From Eledone cirrhosa (taxonomy: Eukaryota), in contig OZ024742.1 in assembly GCA_964016885.1 (NCBI GenBank), positions 331,390,001 through 331,454,000 on the forward strand: a stretch of 64,000 nt of DNA, in the 5' to 3' direction. Shown here piece by piece: positions 1 to 14,900 of the stretch. Positions within the stretch are counted from its first letter, which is position 1. Every line of letters begins with the position of its first letter. The position numbers and the translations under genes were made by a program. A model generated the notes under the pieces. The model was given only the letters and a program-made list of their open reading frames with translations, was not told where the DNA came from and did not search any database.

Positions 1-5
1 TGGGG

Positions 6-33
6 TGAACACTGAACACTGAATATTGAAGGT
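6..33 (+). repeat. Nested 7-bp sub-repeat (TGAACAC/TGAATAT/TGAAGGT) present in each monomer; first instance shown
   Basis: TGAACAC TGAACAC TGAATAT TGAAGGT at 6-33. The total heptamer count varies from 3 to 6, which changes monomer length in 7-bp steps. Confidence 0.97.
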
Positions 34-1299
34 TATTTTTGGCAAAAGAGAGGATTTAGTGGCATTTGGGGTGAACACTAAACACTGATCACTGAACACT
101 GAATATTGAAGGTTATTTTTGGCAGAAGAGAGGATTTAGTGGCAGTTGGGGTGAACACTGAACACTGAACACTGAATATTGAAGGTTATTTTTGTCAGAA
201 GAGAGGATTTAGTGGCAGTTGGGGTGAACACTGAACACTGAATATTGAAGGTTATTTTTGGCAGAAGAGAGGATTTAGTGGCAGTTTGGGTGAACACTGA
301 ATATTGAAGGTTATTTTTGGCAGAAGAGAGGATTTAGTGGCAGTTGGGGTGAACACTGAACACTGAATATTGAAGGTTATTTTTGGCAGAAGAGAGGATT
401 TAGTGGCAGTTGGGGTGAACACTGAAGACTGAATATTGAATATTGAAGGTTATTTTTGCAGAAGAGAGGATTTAGTGGCAGTTGGGGTGAACACTGAACA
501 CTGAATATTGAAGGTTATTTTTGGCAGAAGAGAGGATTTAGTGGCATTTGGGGTGAACACTGAACACTGAACACTGAATATTGAAGGTTATTTTTGGCAG
601 AAGAGAGGATTTAGTGGCAGTTGGGGTGAACACTGAACAGTGAAAATTGAAGGTTATTTTTCCAGAAGAGAGGATTTAGTGGCCGTTGCGGTGAACACTG
701 AACACTGAATATTGAATATTGAAGGTTATTTTTGCAGAAGAGAGGATTTAGTGGCTATTGGGGTGAACACTGATCACTGAACACTGAATATTGAAGGTTA
801 TTTTTGCAGAAGAGAGGATTTAGTGGCAGTTGGAGTGAACACTGAACACTGAATATTGAATATTGAAGGTTATTTTTGCAGAAGAGAGGATTTAGTGGCA
901 GTTGGGGTGAACACTGAACACTGAATATTGAATATTGAAGGTTATTTTTGCAGAAGAGAGGATTTAGTGGCAGTTGGAGTGAACACTGAACACTGAATAT
1001 TGAATATTGAAGGTTATTTTTGCAGAGGAGAGGATTTAGTGGCAGTTGGGGTTAACACTGAACACTGAATATTGAATATTGAAGGTTATTTTTGCAGAAG
1101 AGAGGATTTAGTGGCAGTTGGGATGAACACTGAACACTTAATATTGAATATTGAAGGTTATTTTTGCAGAAGAGAGGATTTAGTGGCAGTTGGGGCGAAC
1201 ACTGAACACTGAATATTGAATATTGAAGGTTATTCTTGCAGAAGAGAGGATTTAGTGGCAGTTAAGGTGAACACTGAACATTGAATTTTGAATATTGAA

Positions 1300-4200
1300 G
1301 GTTATTTTTGGCAGAAGAGAGGATTTAGTGGCAGTTGGGGTGAACACTGAACACTGAATATTGAATATTGAAGGTTATTTTTGCAGAAGAGAGGATTTAG
1401 TGGCAGTTGGGGTGAACACTGAACAATGAATATTGAAGGTTATTTTTGGCAGACGAGAGGATTTAGTGGCAATTGGGGTGAACACTGAACCCTGAACACT
1501 GAATATTGAAGGTTATTTTTGGCAGAAGAGAGGATTTAGTGGCAGTTGGGGTGAACACTGAACACTGAACACTGAATATTGAAGGTTATTTTTGCAGAAG
1601 AGAGGATTTAGTGGCAGTTAGGGTGAACACTGAACAATGAACACTGAATATTGAAGGTTATTTTTGGCAGAAGAGAGGATTTAGTGGCAGTTGGGGTGAA
1701 CACTGAACACTGAATATTGAATATTGAAGGTTACTTTTGCAGAAGAGAGGATTTATTGGCAGTTGGGGTGAACACTGAACACTGAATATTGAAGGTTATT
1801 TTTGGCAGAAGAGAGGATTTAGTGGCAGTTGGGGTGAACACTGAACACTTGACACTGAATATTGAAGGTTATTTTTGGCAGAAGAGAAGATTTAGTGGCA
1901 GTTTGGGTGAACACTGAATACTGAACACTGAATATTGAAGGTGATTTTTGCAGAAGAGAGGATTTAGTGGCAGTTGGGGTGAAAACTGAACACTGAATAT
2001 TGAAGGATATTTTGGCAGAAGAGAGGATTTAGTGGCAGTTGGGATGAACACTGAACACTGAACACTGAATATTGAAGGTTATTTTTGGCAGAAGAGAGGA
2101 TTTAGTGGCATTTGGGGTGAACACTGAACACTGAACACTGAATATTGAAGGTTATTTTTGGCAGAAGAGAGGATTTAGTGGCAGTTGGGGTGAACACTGA
2201 ACACTGAATATTAAAGGTTATTTTTCCAGAAGAGAGGATTTAGTGGCCGTTGCGGTGAACACTGAACACTGAATATTGAATATTGAAGGTTATTTTTGCA
2301 GAAGAGAGGATTTAGTGGCAGTTGGGGTGAACACTGAACACTGAATATTGAAGGTTATTTTTGGCAGAAGAGAGGATTTAGTGGCATTTGGGGTGAACAC
2401 TAAACACTGATCACTGAACACTGAATATTGAAGGTTATTTTTGGCAGAAGAGAGGATTTAGTGGCAGTTGGGGTGAACACTGAACACTGAACACTGAATA
2501 TTGAAGGTTATTTTTGTCAGAAGAGAGGATTTAGTGGCAGTTGGGGTGAACACTGAACACTGAATATTGAATATTGAAGGTTATTTTTGCAGAAGAGAGG
2601 ATTTAGTGGCAGTTGGGGTGAACACTGAACACTGAATATTGAAGGTTATTTTTGGCAGAAGAGAGGATTTAGTGGCACTTGGGGTGAACACTGAACACTG
2701 AACACTGAATATTGAAGGTTATTTTTGGCAGAAGAGAGGATTTAGTGGCAGTTGGGGTGAACACTGAACAGTGAACACTGAATATTGAAGGTTATTTTTG
2801 CAGAAGAGAGGATTTAGTGGCAGTTGGAGTGAACACTGAACACTGAATATTGAATATTGAAGGTTATTTTTGCAGAAGAGAGGATTTAGTGGCAGTTGGG
2901 GTGAACACTGAACACTGAATATTGAATATTGAAGGTTATTTTTGCAGAAGAGAGGATTTAGTGGCAGTTGGAGTGAACACTGAACACTGAATATTGAATA
3001 TTGAAGGTTATTTTTGCAGAGGAGAGGATTTAGTGGCAGTTGGGGTTAACACTGAACACTGAATATTGAATATTGAAGGTTATTTTTGCAGAAGAGAGGA
3101 TTTAGTGGCAGTTGGGATGAACACTGAACACTTAATATTGAATATTGAAGGTTATTTTTGGCAGAAGAGAGGATTTAGTGGCAGTTGGGGTGAACACTGA
3201 ACACTGAATATTGAATATTGAAGGTTATTTTTGCAGAAGAGAGGATTTAGTGGCAGTTGGGGTGAACACTGAACATTGAATATTGAAGGTTATTTTTGGC
3301 AGACGAGAGGATTTAGTGGCAATTGGGGTGAACACTGAACCCTGAACACTGAATATTGAAGGTTATTTTTGGCAGAAGAGAGGATTTAGTGGCAGTTGGG
3401 GTGAACACTGAACACTGAACACTGAATAGTGAAGGTTATTTTTGCAGAAGAGAGGATTTAGTGGCAGTTAGGGTGAACACTGAACAATGAACACTGAATA
3501 TTGAAGGTTATTTTTGGCAGAAGAGAGGATTTAGTGGCAGTTGGGGTGAACACTGAACACTGAATATTGAATATTGAAGGTTATTTTTGCAGAAGAGAGG
3601 ATTTAGTGGCAGTTGGGGTGAACACTGAACATTGAATATTGAAGGTTATTTTTGGCAGAAGAGAGGATTTAGTGGCAGTTGGGGTGAACACTGAACACTT
3701 GACACTGAATATTGAAGGTTATTTTTGGCAGAAGAGAAGATTTAGTGGCAGTTTGGGTGAACACTGAATACTGAACACTGAATATTGAAGGTGATTTTTG
3801 CAGAAGAGAGGATTTAGTGGCAGTTGGGGTGAAAACTGAACACTGAATATTGAAGGATATTTTGGCAGAAGAGAGGATTTAGTGGCAGTTGGGATGAACA
3901 CTGAACACTGAACACTGAATATTGAAGGTTATTTTTGGCAGAAGAGAGGATTTAGTGGCATTTGGGGTGAACACTGAACACTGAACACTGAATATTGAAG
4001 GTTATTTTTGGCAGAAGAGAGGATTTAGTGGCAGTTGGGGTGAACACTGAACACTGAATATTAAAGGTTATTTTTCCAGAAGAGAGGATTTAGTGGCCGT
4101 TGCGGTGAACACTGAACACTGAATATTGAATATTGAAGGTTATTTTTGCAGAAGAGAGGATTTAGTGGCAGTTGGGGTGAACACTGAACACTGAATATTG

Positions 4201-5900
4201 AAGGTTATTTTTGGCAGAAGAGAGGATTTAGTGGCATTTGGGGTGAACACTAAACACTGATCACTGAACACTGAATATTGAAGGTTATTTTTGGCAGAAG
4301 AGAGGATTTAGTGGCAGTTGGGGTGAACACTGAACACTGAACACTGAATATTGAAGGTTATTTTTGTCAGAAGAGAGGATTTAGTGGCAGTTGGGGTGAA
4401 CACTGAACACTGAATATTGAATATTGAAGGTTATTTTTGCAGAAGAGAGGATTTAGTGGCAGTTGGGGTGAACACTGAACACTGAATATTGAAGGTTATT
4501 TTTGGCAGAAGAGAGGATTTAGTGGCAGTTGGGGTGAACACTGAACACTGAATATTGAATATTGAAGGTTATTTTTGCAGAAGAGAGGATTTAGTGGCAG
4601 TTGGGGTGAACACTGAACATTGAATATTGAAGGTTATTTTTGGCAGACGAGAGGATTTAGTGGCAATTGGGGTGAACACTGAACCCTGAACACTGAATAT
4701 TGAAGGTTATTTTTGGCAGAAGAGAGGATTTAGTGGCAGTTGGGGTGAACACTGAACACTGAACACTGAATAGTGAAGGTTATTTTTGCAGAAGAGAGGA
4801 TTTAGTGGCAGTTAGGGTGAACACTGAACAATGAACACTGAATATTGAAGGTTATTTTTGGCAGAAGAGAGGATTTAGTGGCAGTTGGGGTGAACACTGA
4901 ACACTGAATATTGAATATTGAAGGTTATTTTTGCGGAAGAGAGGATTTAGTGGCAGTTGGGGTGAACACTGAAGATTGAATATTGAAGGTTATTTTTGGC
5001 AGAAGAGAGGATTTAGTGGCAGTTGGGGTGAACACTGAACACTTGACACTGAATATTGAAGGTTATTTTTGGCAGAAGAGAAGATTTAGTGGCAGTTTGG
5101 GTGAACACTGAATACTGAACACTGAATATTGAAGGTGATTTTTGCAGAAGAGAGGATTTAGTGGCAGTTGGGGTGAAAACTGAACACTGAATATTGAAGG
5201 ATATTTTGGCAGAAGAGAGGATTTAGTGGCAGTTGGGATGAACACTGAACACTGAACACTGAATATTGAAGGTTATTTTTGGCAGAAGAGAGGATTTAGT
5301 GGCATTTGGGGTGAACACTGAACACTGAACACTGAATATTGAAGGTTATTTTTGGCAGAAGAGAGGATTTAGTGGCAGTTGGGGTGAACACTGAACACTG
5401 AATATTAAAGGTTATTTTTCCAGAAGAGAGGATTTAGTGGCCGTTGCGGTGAACACTGAACACTGAATATTGAATATTGAAGGTTATTTTTGCAGAAGAG
5501 AGGATTTAGTGGCAGTTGGGGTGAACACTGAACACTGAATATTGAAGGTTATTTTTGGCAGAAGAGAGGATTTAGTGGCATTTGGGGTGAACACTAAACA
5601 CTGATCACTGAACACTGAATATTGAAGGTTATTTTTGGCAGAAGAGAGGATTTAGTGGCAGTTGGGGTGAACACTGAACACTGAACACTGAATATTGAAG
5701 GTTATTTTTGTCAGAAGAGAGGATTTAGTGGCAGTTGGGGTGAACACTGAACACTGAATATTGAATATTGAAGGTTATTTTTGCAGAAGAGAGGATTTAG
5801 TGGCAGTTGGGGTGAACACTGAACACTGAATATTGAAGGTTATTTTTGGCAGAAGAGAGGATTTAGTGGCACTTGGGGTGAACACTGAACAGTGAAAATT
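1300..5900. repeat. Three related higher-order blocks at offsets of 1850 and 1344 bp (a fourth copy lies 3474 bp further, near 8.0-9.4 kb)
   Basis: Identical ORF-track hits at 1869, 3719, 5063 and 8537. The TTAGGG marker falls at 1618, 3468, 4812 and 8286. The AATAGTGAAG variant is shared only by ~3426 and ~4770. Confidence 0.9.
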
Positions 5901-8900
5901 GAAGGTTATTTTTCCAGAAGAGAGGATTTAGTGGCCGTTGCGGTGAACACTGAACACTGAATATTGAATATTGAAGGTTATTTTTGCAGAAGAGAGGATT
6001 TAGTGGCAATTGGGGTGAACACTGAACACTGAATATTGAATATTGAAGGTTATTTTTGCAGAAGAGAGGATTTAGTGGCAGTTGGGGTGAACACTGAACA
6101 CTGAATATTGAATATTGAAGGTTATTTTTGCAGAAGAGAGGATTTAGTGGCAGTTGGGGTTAACACTGAACACTGAATATTGAATATTGAAGGTTATTTT
6201 TGCAGAAGAGAGGATTTAGTGGCAGTTTGGATGAACACTGAACACTGAATATTGAATATTGAAGGTTATTTTTGCAGAAGAGAGGATTTAGTGGCAGTTG
6301 GGGTGAACACTGAACACTGAATATTGAATATTGAAGGTTATTTTTGCAGAAGAGAGGATTTAGTGGCAGTTAAGGTGAACACTGAACATTGAATTTTGAA
6401 TATTGAAGGTTATTTTTGGCAGAAGAGAGGATTTAGTGGCAGTTGGGCTGAAAACTGAACACTGAATATTGAAGGATATGTTTGGCAGAAGAGAGGATTT
6501 AGTGGCAGTTGGGATGAACACTGAACATTGAATATTGAATTGTGAAGGTTATTTTTGGCAGAAGAGAGGATTTAGTGGCAGTTGGGGTGAACACTGAACA
6601 CTGAATATTGAATATTGAAGGTTATTTTTGAAGAAGAGAGGATTTAGTGGCAGTTGGGGTGAACACTGAACACTGAATATTGAAGGTTATTTTTGGCAGA
6701 AGAGAGGATTTAGTGGCATTTGGGGTGAACACTGAACACTGAACACTGAATATTGAAGGTTATTTTTGGCAGAAGAGAGGATTTAGTGGCAGTTGGGGTG
6801 AACACTGAACATTGAATATTGAAGGTTATTTTTGGCAGACGAGAGGATTTAGTGGCAATTGGGGTGAACACTGAACCCTGAACACTGAATATTGAAGGTT
6901 ATTTTTGGCAGAAGAGAGGATTTAGTGGCAGTTGGGGTGAACACTGAACACTGAACACTGAATATTGAAGGTTATTTTTGGCAGAAGAGAGGATTTATTG
7001 GCAGTTGGGGTGAACACTGAACACTGAATATTGAAGGTTATTTTTGGCAGAAGAGAGGATTTAGTGGCAGTTGGGGTGAAAACTGAACACTGAATATTGA
7101 AGGATATTTTGGCAGAAGAGAGGATTTAGTGGCAGTTGGGATGAACACTGAACACTGAACACTGAATATTGAAGGTTATTTTTGGCAGAAGAGAGTATTT
7201 AGTGGCATTTGGGGTGAACACTGAACACTGAACACTGAATATTGAAGGTTATTTTTGGCAGAAGAGAGGATTTAGTGGCAGTTGGGGTGAACACTGAACA
7301 CTGAATATTGAATATTGAAGGTTATTTTTGCAGAAGAGAGGATTTAGTGGCAGTTGGGGTGAACACTGATCACTGAACACTGAATATTGAAGGTTATTTT
7401 TGCAGAAGAGAGGATTTAGTGGCAGTTGGAGTGAACACTGAACACTGAATATTGAATATTGAAGGTTATTTTTGCAGAAGAGAGGATTTAGTGGCAGTTG
7501 GGGTGAACACTGATCACTGAACACTGAATATTGAAGGTTATTTTTGCAGAAGAGAGGATTTAGTGGCAATTGGGGTGAACACTGATCACTGAACACTGAA
7601 TATTGAAGGTTATTTTTGCAGAAGAGAGGATTTAGTGGCAGTTGGAGTGAACACTGAACACTGAATATTGAATATTGAAGGTTATTTTTGCAGAAGAGAG
7701 GATTTAGTGGCAGTTGGGGTGAACACTGAACACTGAATATTGAATATTGAAGGTTATTTTTGCAGAAGAGAGGATTTAGTGGCAGTTGGGATGAACACTG
7801 AACACTTAATATTGAATATTGAAGGTTATTTTTGCAGAAGAGAGGATTTAGTGGCAGTTGGGGTGAACACTGAACACTGAATATTGAATATTGAAGGTTA
7901 TTTTTGCAGAAGAGAGGATTTAGTGGCAGTTAAGGTGAACACTGAACATTGAATTTTGAATATTGAAGGTTATTTTTGGCAGAAGAGAGGATTTAGTGGC
8001 AGTTGGGGTGAACACTGTACACTGAATATTGAATATTGAAGGTTATTTTTGCAGAAGAGAGGATTTAGTGGCAGTTGGGGTGAACACTGAACATTGAATA
8101 TTGAAGGTTATTTTTGGCAGACGAGAGGATTTAGTGGCAATTGGGGTGAACACTGAACCCTGAACACTGAATATTGAAGGTTATTTTTGGCAGAAGAGAG
8201 GATTTAGTGGCAGTTGGGGTGAACACTGAACACTGAACACTGAATATTGAAGGTTATTTTTGCAGAAGAGAGGATTTAGTGGCAGTTAGGGTGAACACTG
8301 AACAATGAACACTGAATATTGAAGGTTATTTTTGGCAGAAGAGAGGATTTAGTGGCAGTTGGGGTGAACACTGAACACTGAATATTGAATATTGAAGGTT
8401 ATTTTTGCAGAAGAGAGGATTTATTGGCAGTTGGGGTGAACACTGAACACTGAATATTGAAGGTTATTTTTGGCAGAAGAGAGGATTTAGTGGCAGTTGG
8501 GGTGAACACTGAACACTTGACACTGAATATTGAAGGTTATTTTTGGCAGAAGAGAAGATTTAGTGGCAGTTTGGGTGAACACTGAATACTGAACACTGAA
8601 TATTGAAGGTGATTTTTGCAGAAGAGAGGATTTAGTGGCAGTTGGGGTGAAAACTGAACACTGAATATTGAAGGATATTTTGGCAGAAGAGAGGATTTAG
8701 TGGCAGTTGGGATGAACACTGAACACTGAACACTGAATATTGAAGGTTATTTTTGGCAGAAGAGAGGATTTAGTGGCATTTGGGGTGAACACTGAACACT
8801 GAACACTGAATATTGAAGGTTATTTTTGGCAGAAGAGAGGATTTAGTGGCAGTTGGGGTGAACACTGAACACTGAATATTAAAGGTTATTTTTCCAGAAG

Positions 8901-11900
8901 AGAGGATTTAGTGGCCGTTGCGGTGAACACTGAACACTGAATATTGAATATTGAAGGTTATTTTTGCAGAAGAGAGGATTTAGTGGCAGTTGGGGTGAAC
9001 ACTGAACACTGAATATTGAAGGTTATTTTTGGCAGAAGAGAGGATTTAGTGGCATTTGGGGTGAACACTAAACACTGATCACTGAACACTGAATATTGAA
9101 GGTTATTTTTGGCAGAAGAGAGGATTTAGTGGCAGTTGGGGTGAACACTGAACACTGAACACTGAATATTGAAGGTTATTTTTGTCAGAAGAGAGGATTT
9201 AGTGGCAGTTGGGGTGAACACTGAACACTGAATATTGAATATTGAAGGTTATTTTTGCAGAAGAGAGGATTTAGTGGCAGTTGGGGTGAACACTGAACAC
9301 TGAATATTGAAGGTTATTTTTGGCAGAAGAGAGGATTTAGTGGCACTTGGGGTGAACACTGAACACTGAATACTGAATATTGAAGGTTATTTTTGGCAGA
9401 AGAGAGGATTTAGTGGCAGTTGGGGTGAACACTGAACAGTGAACACTGAATATTGAAGGTTATTTTTGCAGAAGAGAGGATTTAGTGGCAGTTGGAGTGA
9501 ACACTGAACACTGAATATTGAATATTGAAGGTTATTTTTGCAGAAGAGAGGATTTAGTGGCAGTTGGGGTGAACACTGAACACTGAATATTGAATATTGA
9601 AGGTTATTTTTGCAGAAGAGAGGATTTAGTGGCAGTTGGAGTGAACACTGAACACTGAATATTGAATATTGAAGGTTATTTTTGCAGAGGAGAGGATTTA
9701 GTGGCAGTTGGGGTTAACACTGAACACTGAATATTGAATATTGAAGGTTATTTTTGCAGAAGAGAGGATTTAGTGGCAGTTGGGATGAACACTGAACACT
9801 TAATATTGAATATTGAAGGTTATTTTTGCAGAAGAGAGGATTTAGTGGCAGTTGGGGTGAACACTGAACACTGAATATTGAATATTGAAGGTTATTTTTG
9901 CAGAAGAGAGGATTTAGTGGCAGTTAAGGTGAACACTGAACATTGAATTTTGAATATTGAAGGTTATTTTTGGCAGAAGAGAGGATTTAGTGGCAGTTGG
10001 GGTGAACACTGAACACTGAATATTGAATATTGAAGGTTATTTTTGCAGAAGAGAGGATTTAGTGGCAGTTGGGGTGAACACTGAACATTGAATATTGAAG
10101 GTTATTTTTGGCAGACGAGAGGATTTAGTGGCAATTGGGGTGAACACTGAACCCTGAACACTGAATATTGAAGGTTATTTTTGGCAGAAGAGAGGATTTA
10201 GTGGCAGTTGGGGTGAACACTGAACACTGAACACTGAATATTGAAGGTTATTTTTGCAGAAGAGAGGATTTAGTGGCAGTTAGGGTGAACACTGAACAAT
10301 GAACACTGAATATTGAAGGTTATTTTTGGTAGAAGAGAGGATTTAGTGGCAGTTGGGGTGAAAACTGAACACTGAATATTGAAGGATATTTTGGCAGAAG
10401 AGAGGATTTAGTGGCAGTTGGGATGAACACTGAACACTGAAAACTGAATATTGAAGGTTATTTTTGGCAGAAGAGAGGATTTAGTGGCATTTGGGGTGAA
10501 CACTGAACACTGAACACTGAATATTGAAGGTTATTTTTGGCAGAAGAGAGGATTTAGTGGCATTTGGGGTGAACACTAAACACTGATCACTGAACACTGA
10601 ATATTGAAGGTTATTTTTGGCAGAAGAGATGATTTAGTGGCAGTTGGGGTGAACACTGAACACTGAACACTGAATATTGAAGGTTATTTTTGTCAGAAGA
10701 GAGGATTTAGTGGCAGTTGGGGTGAACACTGAACACTGAATATTGAATATTGAAGGTTATTTTTGCAGAAGAGAGGATTTAGTGGCAGTTGGGGTTAACA
10801 CTGAACACTGAATATTGAAGGTTATTTTTGGCAGAAGAGAGGATTTAGTGGCACTTGGGGTGAACACTGAACACTGAACACTGAATATTGAAGGTTATTT
10901 TTGGCAGAAGAGAGGATTTAGTGGCAGTTGGGGTGAACACTGAACAGTGAAAATTGAAGGTTATTTTTCCAGAAGAGAGGATTTAGTGGCCGTTGCGGTG
11001 AACACTGAACACTGAATATTGAATATTGAAGGTTATTTTTGCAGAAGAGAGGATTTAGTGGCAATTGGGGTGAACACTGAACACTGAATATTGAATATTG
11101 AAGGTTATTTTTGCAGAAGAGAGGATTTAGTGGCAGTTGGGGTGAACACTGAACACTGAATATTGAATATTGAAGGTTATTTTTGCAGAAGAGAGGATTT
11201 AGTGGCAGTTGGGGTTAACACTGAACACTGAATATTGAATATTGAAGGTTATTTTTGCAGAAGAGAGGATTTAGTGGCAGTTTGGATGAACACTGAACAC
11301 TGAATATTGAATATTGAAGGTTATTTTTGCAGAAGAGAGGATTTAGTGGCAGTTGGGGTGAACACTGAACACTGAATATTGAATATTGAAGGTTATTTTT
11401 GCAGAAGAGAGGATTTAGTGGCAGTTAAGGTGAACACTGAACATTGAATTTTGAATATTGAAGGTTATTTTTGGCAGAAGAGAGGATTTAGTGGCAGTTG
11501 GGCTGAAAACTGAACACTGAATATTGAAGGATATGTTTGGCAGAAGAGAGGATTTAGTGGCAGTTGGGATGAACACTGAACATTGAATATTGAATTTTGA
11601 AGGTTATTTTTGGCAGAAGAGAGGATTTAGTGGCAGTTGGGGTGAACACTGAACACTGAATATTGAAGGTTATTTTTGGCAGAAGAGAGGATTTAGTGGC
11701 ATTTGGGGTGAACACTGAACACTGAACACTGAATATTGAAGGTTATTTTTGGCAGAAGAGAGGATTTAGTGGCAGTTGGGGTGAACACTGAACATTGAAT
11801 ATTGAAGGTTATTTTTGGCAGACGAGAGGATTTAGTGGCAATTGGGGTGAACACTGAACCCTGAACACTGAATATTGAAGGTTATTTTTGGCAGAAGAGA

Positions 11901-14900
11901 GGATTTAGTGGCAGTTGGGGTGAACACTGAACACTGAACACTGAATATTGAAGGTTATTTTTGCAGAAGAGAGGATTTAGTGGCAGTTAGGGTGAACACT
12001 GAACAATGAACACTGAATATTGAAGGTTATTTTTGGCAGAAGAGAGGATTTATTGGCAGTTGGGGTGAACACTGAACACTGAATATTGAAGGTTATTTTT
12101 GGCAGAAGAGAGGATTTAGTGGCAGTTGGGGTGAAAACTGAACACTGAATATTGAAGGATATTTTGGCAGAAGAGAGGATTTAGTGGCAGTTGGGATGAA
12201 CACTGAACACTGAACACTGAATATTGAAGGTTATTTTTGGCAGAAGAGAGTATTTAGTGGCATTTGGGGTGAACACTGAACACTGAACACTGAATATTGA
12301 AGGTTATTTTTGGCAGAAGAGAGGATTTAGTGGCATTTGGGGTGAACACTAAACACTGATCACTGAACACTGAATATTGAAGGTTATTTTTGGCAGAAGA
12401 GAGGATTTAGTGGCAGTTGGGGTGAACACTGAACACTGAACACTGAATATTGAAGGTTATTTTTGTCAGAAGAGAGGATTTAGTGGCAGTTGGGGTGAAC
12501 ACTGAACACTGAATATTGAAGGTTATTTTTGGCAGAAGAGAGGATTTAGTGGCAGTTTGGGTGAACACTGAATATTGAAGGTTATTTTTGGCAGAAGAGA
12601 GGATTTAGTGGCAGTTGGGGTGAACACTGAAGACTGAATATTGAAGGTTATTTTTGGCAGAAGAGAGGATTTAGTGGAAGTTGGGGTGAACACTGAACAC
12701 TGAATATTGAATATTGAAGGTTATTTTTGCAGAAGGGAGGATTTAGTGGCAGTTGGGGTGAACACTGAACACTGAATATTGAAGGTTATTTTTGCAGAAG
12801 AGAGGATATAGTGGCAGTTGGTGTGAACACTGAACACTGAATATTGAATATTGAAGGTTATTTTTGCAGAAGAGAGGATTTAGTGGCAGTTGGGGTGAAC
12901 ACTGAACACTGAATATTGAATATTGAAGGTTATTTTTGCAGAAGAGAGGATTTAGTGGCAGTTGGGGTGAACACTGAACACTGAATATTGAATATTGAAG
13001 TTTATTTTTGCAGAAGAGAGGATTTAGTGGCAGTTGGGGTTAACACTGAACACTGAATATTGAATATTGAAGGTTATTTTTGCAGAAGAGAGGATTTTGT
13101 GGCAGTTGGGATGAACACTGAACACTGAATATTGAATATTGAAGGTTATTTTTGCAGAAGAGAGGATTTAGTGGCAGTTGGGGTGAACACTGAACACTGA
13201 ATATTGAATATTGAAGGTTATTTTTGCAGAAGAGAGGATTTAGTGGCAGTTAAGGTGAACACTGAACATTGAATTTTGAATATTGAAGGTTATTTTTGGC
13301 AGAAGAGAGGATTTAGTGGCAGTTGGGGTGAAAACTGAACACTGAATATTGAAGGATATTTTTGGCAGAAGAGAGGATTTAGTGGCAGTTGGGATGAACA
13401 CTGAACATTGAATATTGAATTTTGAAGGTTATTTTTGGCAGAAGAGGGGATTTAGTGGCAGTTGGGGTGAACACTGAACACTGAATATTGAATATTGAAG
13501 GTTATTTTTGCAGAAGAGAGGATTTAGTGGCAGTTGGGGTGAACACTGAACACTGAATATTGAAGGTTATTTTTGGCAGAAGAGAGGATTTAGTGGCATT
13601 TGGGGTGAACACTGAACACTGAACACTGAATATTGAAGGTTATTTTTGGCAGAAGAGAGGATTTAGTGGCAGTTGGGGTGAACACTGAACATTGAATATT
13701 GAAGGTTATTTTTGGCAGACGAGAGGATTTAGTGGCAATTGGGGTGAACACTGAACCCTGAACACTGAATATTGAAGGTTATTTTTGGCAGAAGAGAGGA
13801 TTTAGTGGCAGTTGGGGTGAACACTGAACACTGAACACTGAATATTGAAGGTTATTTTTGCAGAAGAGAGGATTTAGTGGCAGTTAGGGTGAACACTGAA
13901 CAATGAACACTGAATATTGAAGGTTATTTTTGGCAGAAGAGAGGATTTAGTGGCAGTTGGGGTGAACACTGAACACTGAATATTGAATATTGAAGGTTAT
14001 TTTTGCAGAAGAGAGGATTTATTGGCAGTTGGGGTGAACACTGAACACTGAATATTGAAGGTTATTTTTGGCAGAAGAGAGGATTTAGTGGCAGTTGGGG
14101 TGAAAACTGAACACTGAATATTGAAGGATATTTTGGCAGAAGAGAGGATTTAGTGGCAGTTGGGATGAACACTGAACACTGAACACTGAATATTGAAGGT
14201 TATTTTTGGCAGAAGAGAGTATTTAGTGGCATTTGGGGTGAACACTGAACACTGAACACTGAATATTGAAGGTTATTTTTGGCAGAAGAGAGGATTTAGT
14301 GGCAATTGGGGTGAACACTAAACACTGAATATTGAAGGTTATTTTTGGCAGAAGAGAGGATTTAGTGGCAGTTGGGGTGAACACTGAACACTGAACACTG
14401 AATATTGAAGGTTATTTTTGTCAGAAAAAAGGATTTAGTGGCAGTTGGGGTGAACACTGAACACTGAATATTGAAGGTTATTTTTGGCAGAAGAGAGGAT
14501 TTAGTGGCAGTTTGCGTGAACACTGAATATTGAAGGTTATTTTTGGCAGAAGAGAGGATTTAGTGGCAGTTGGGGTGAACACTGAAGACTGAATATTGAA
14601 GGTTATTTTTGGCAGAAGAGAGGATTTAGTGGCAGTTGGGGTGAACACTGAACACTGAATATTGAATATTGAAGGTTATTTTTGCAGAAGGGAGGATTTA
14701 GTGGCAGTTGGGGTGAACACTGAACACTGAATATTGAAGGTTATTTTTGCAGAAGAGAGGATTTAGTGGCAGTTGGGGTGAACACTGAACACTGAATATT
14801 GAATATTGAAGTTTATTTTTGCAGAAGAGAGGATTTAGTGGCAGTTGGGGTTAACACTGAACACTGAATATTGAATATTGAAGGTTATTTTTGCAGAAGA

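Noticed and set aside
6-33. Heat-shock element or nuclear-receptor direct repeat in (TGAACAC)n
   Set aside because: The GAA units are direct with a 7-bp period rather than inverted nGAAn pentamers. TGTTCA is not the RGKTCA half-site, and no gene lies nearby.
1618-1623. TTAGGG as telomere or interstitial telomeric repeat
   Set aside because: It is a single G>A variant of TTGGGG in one monomer class and never occurs in tandem.
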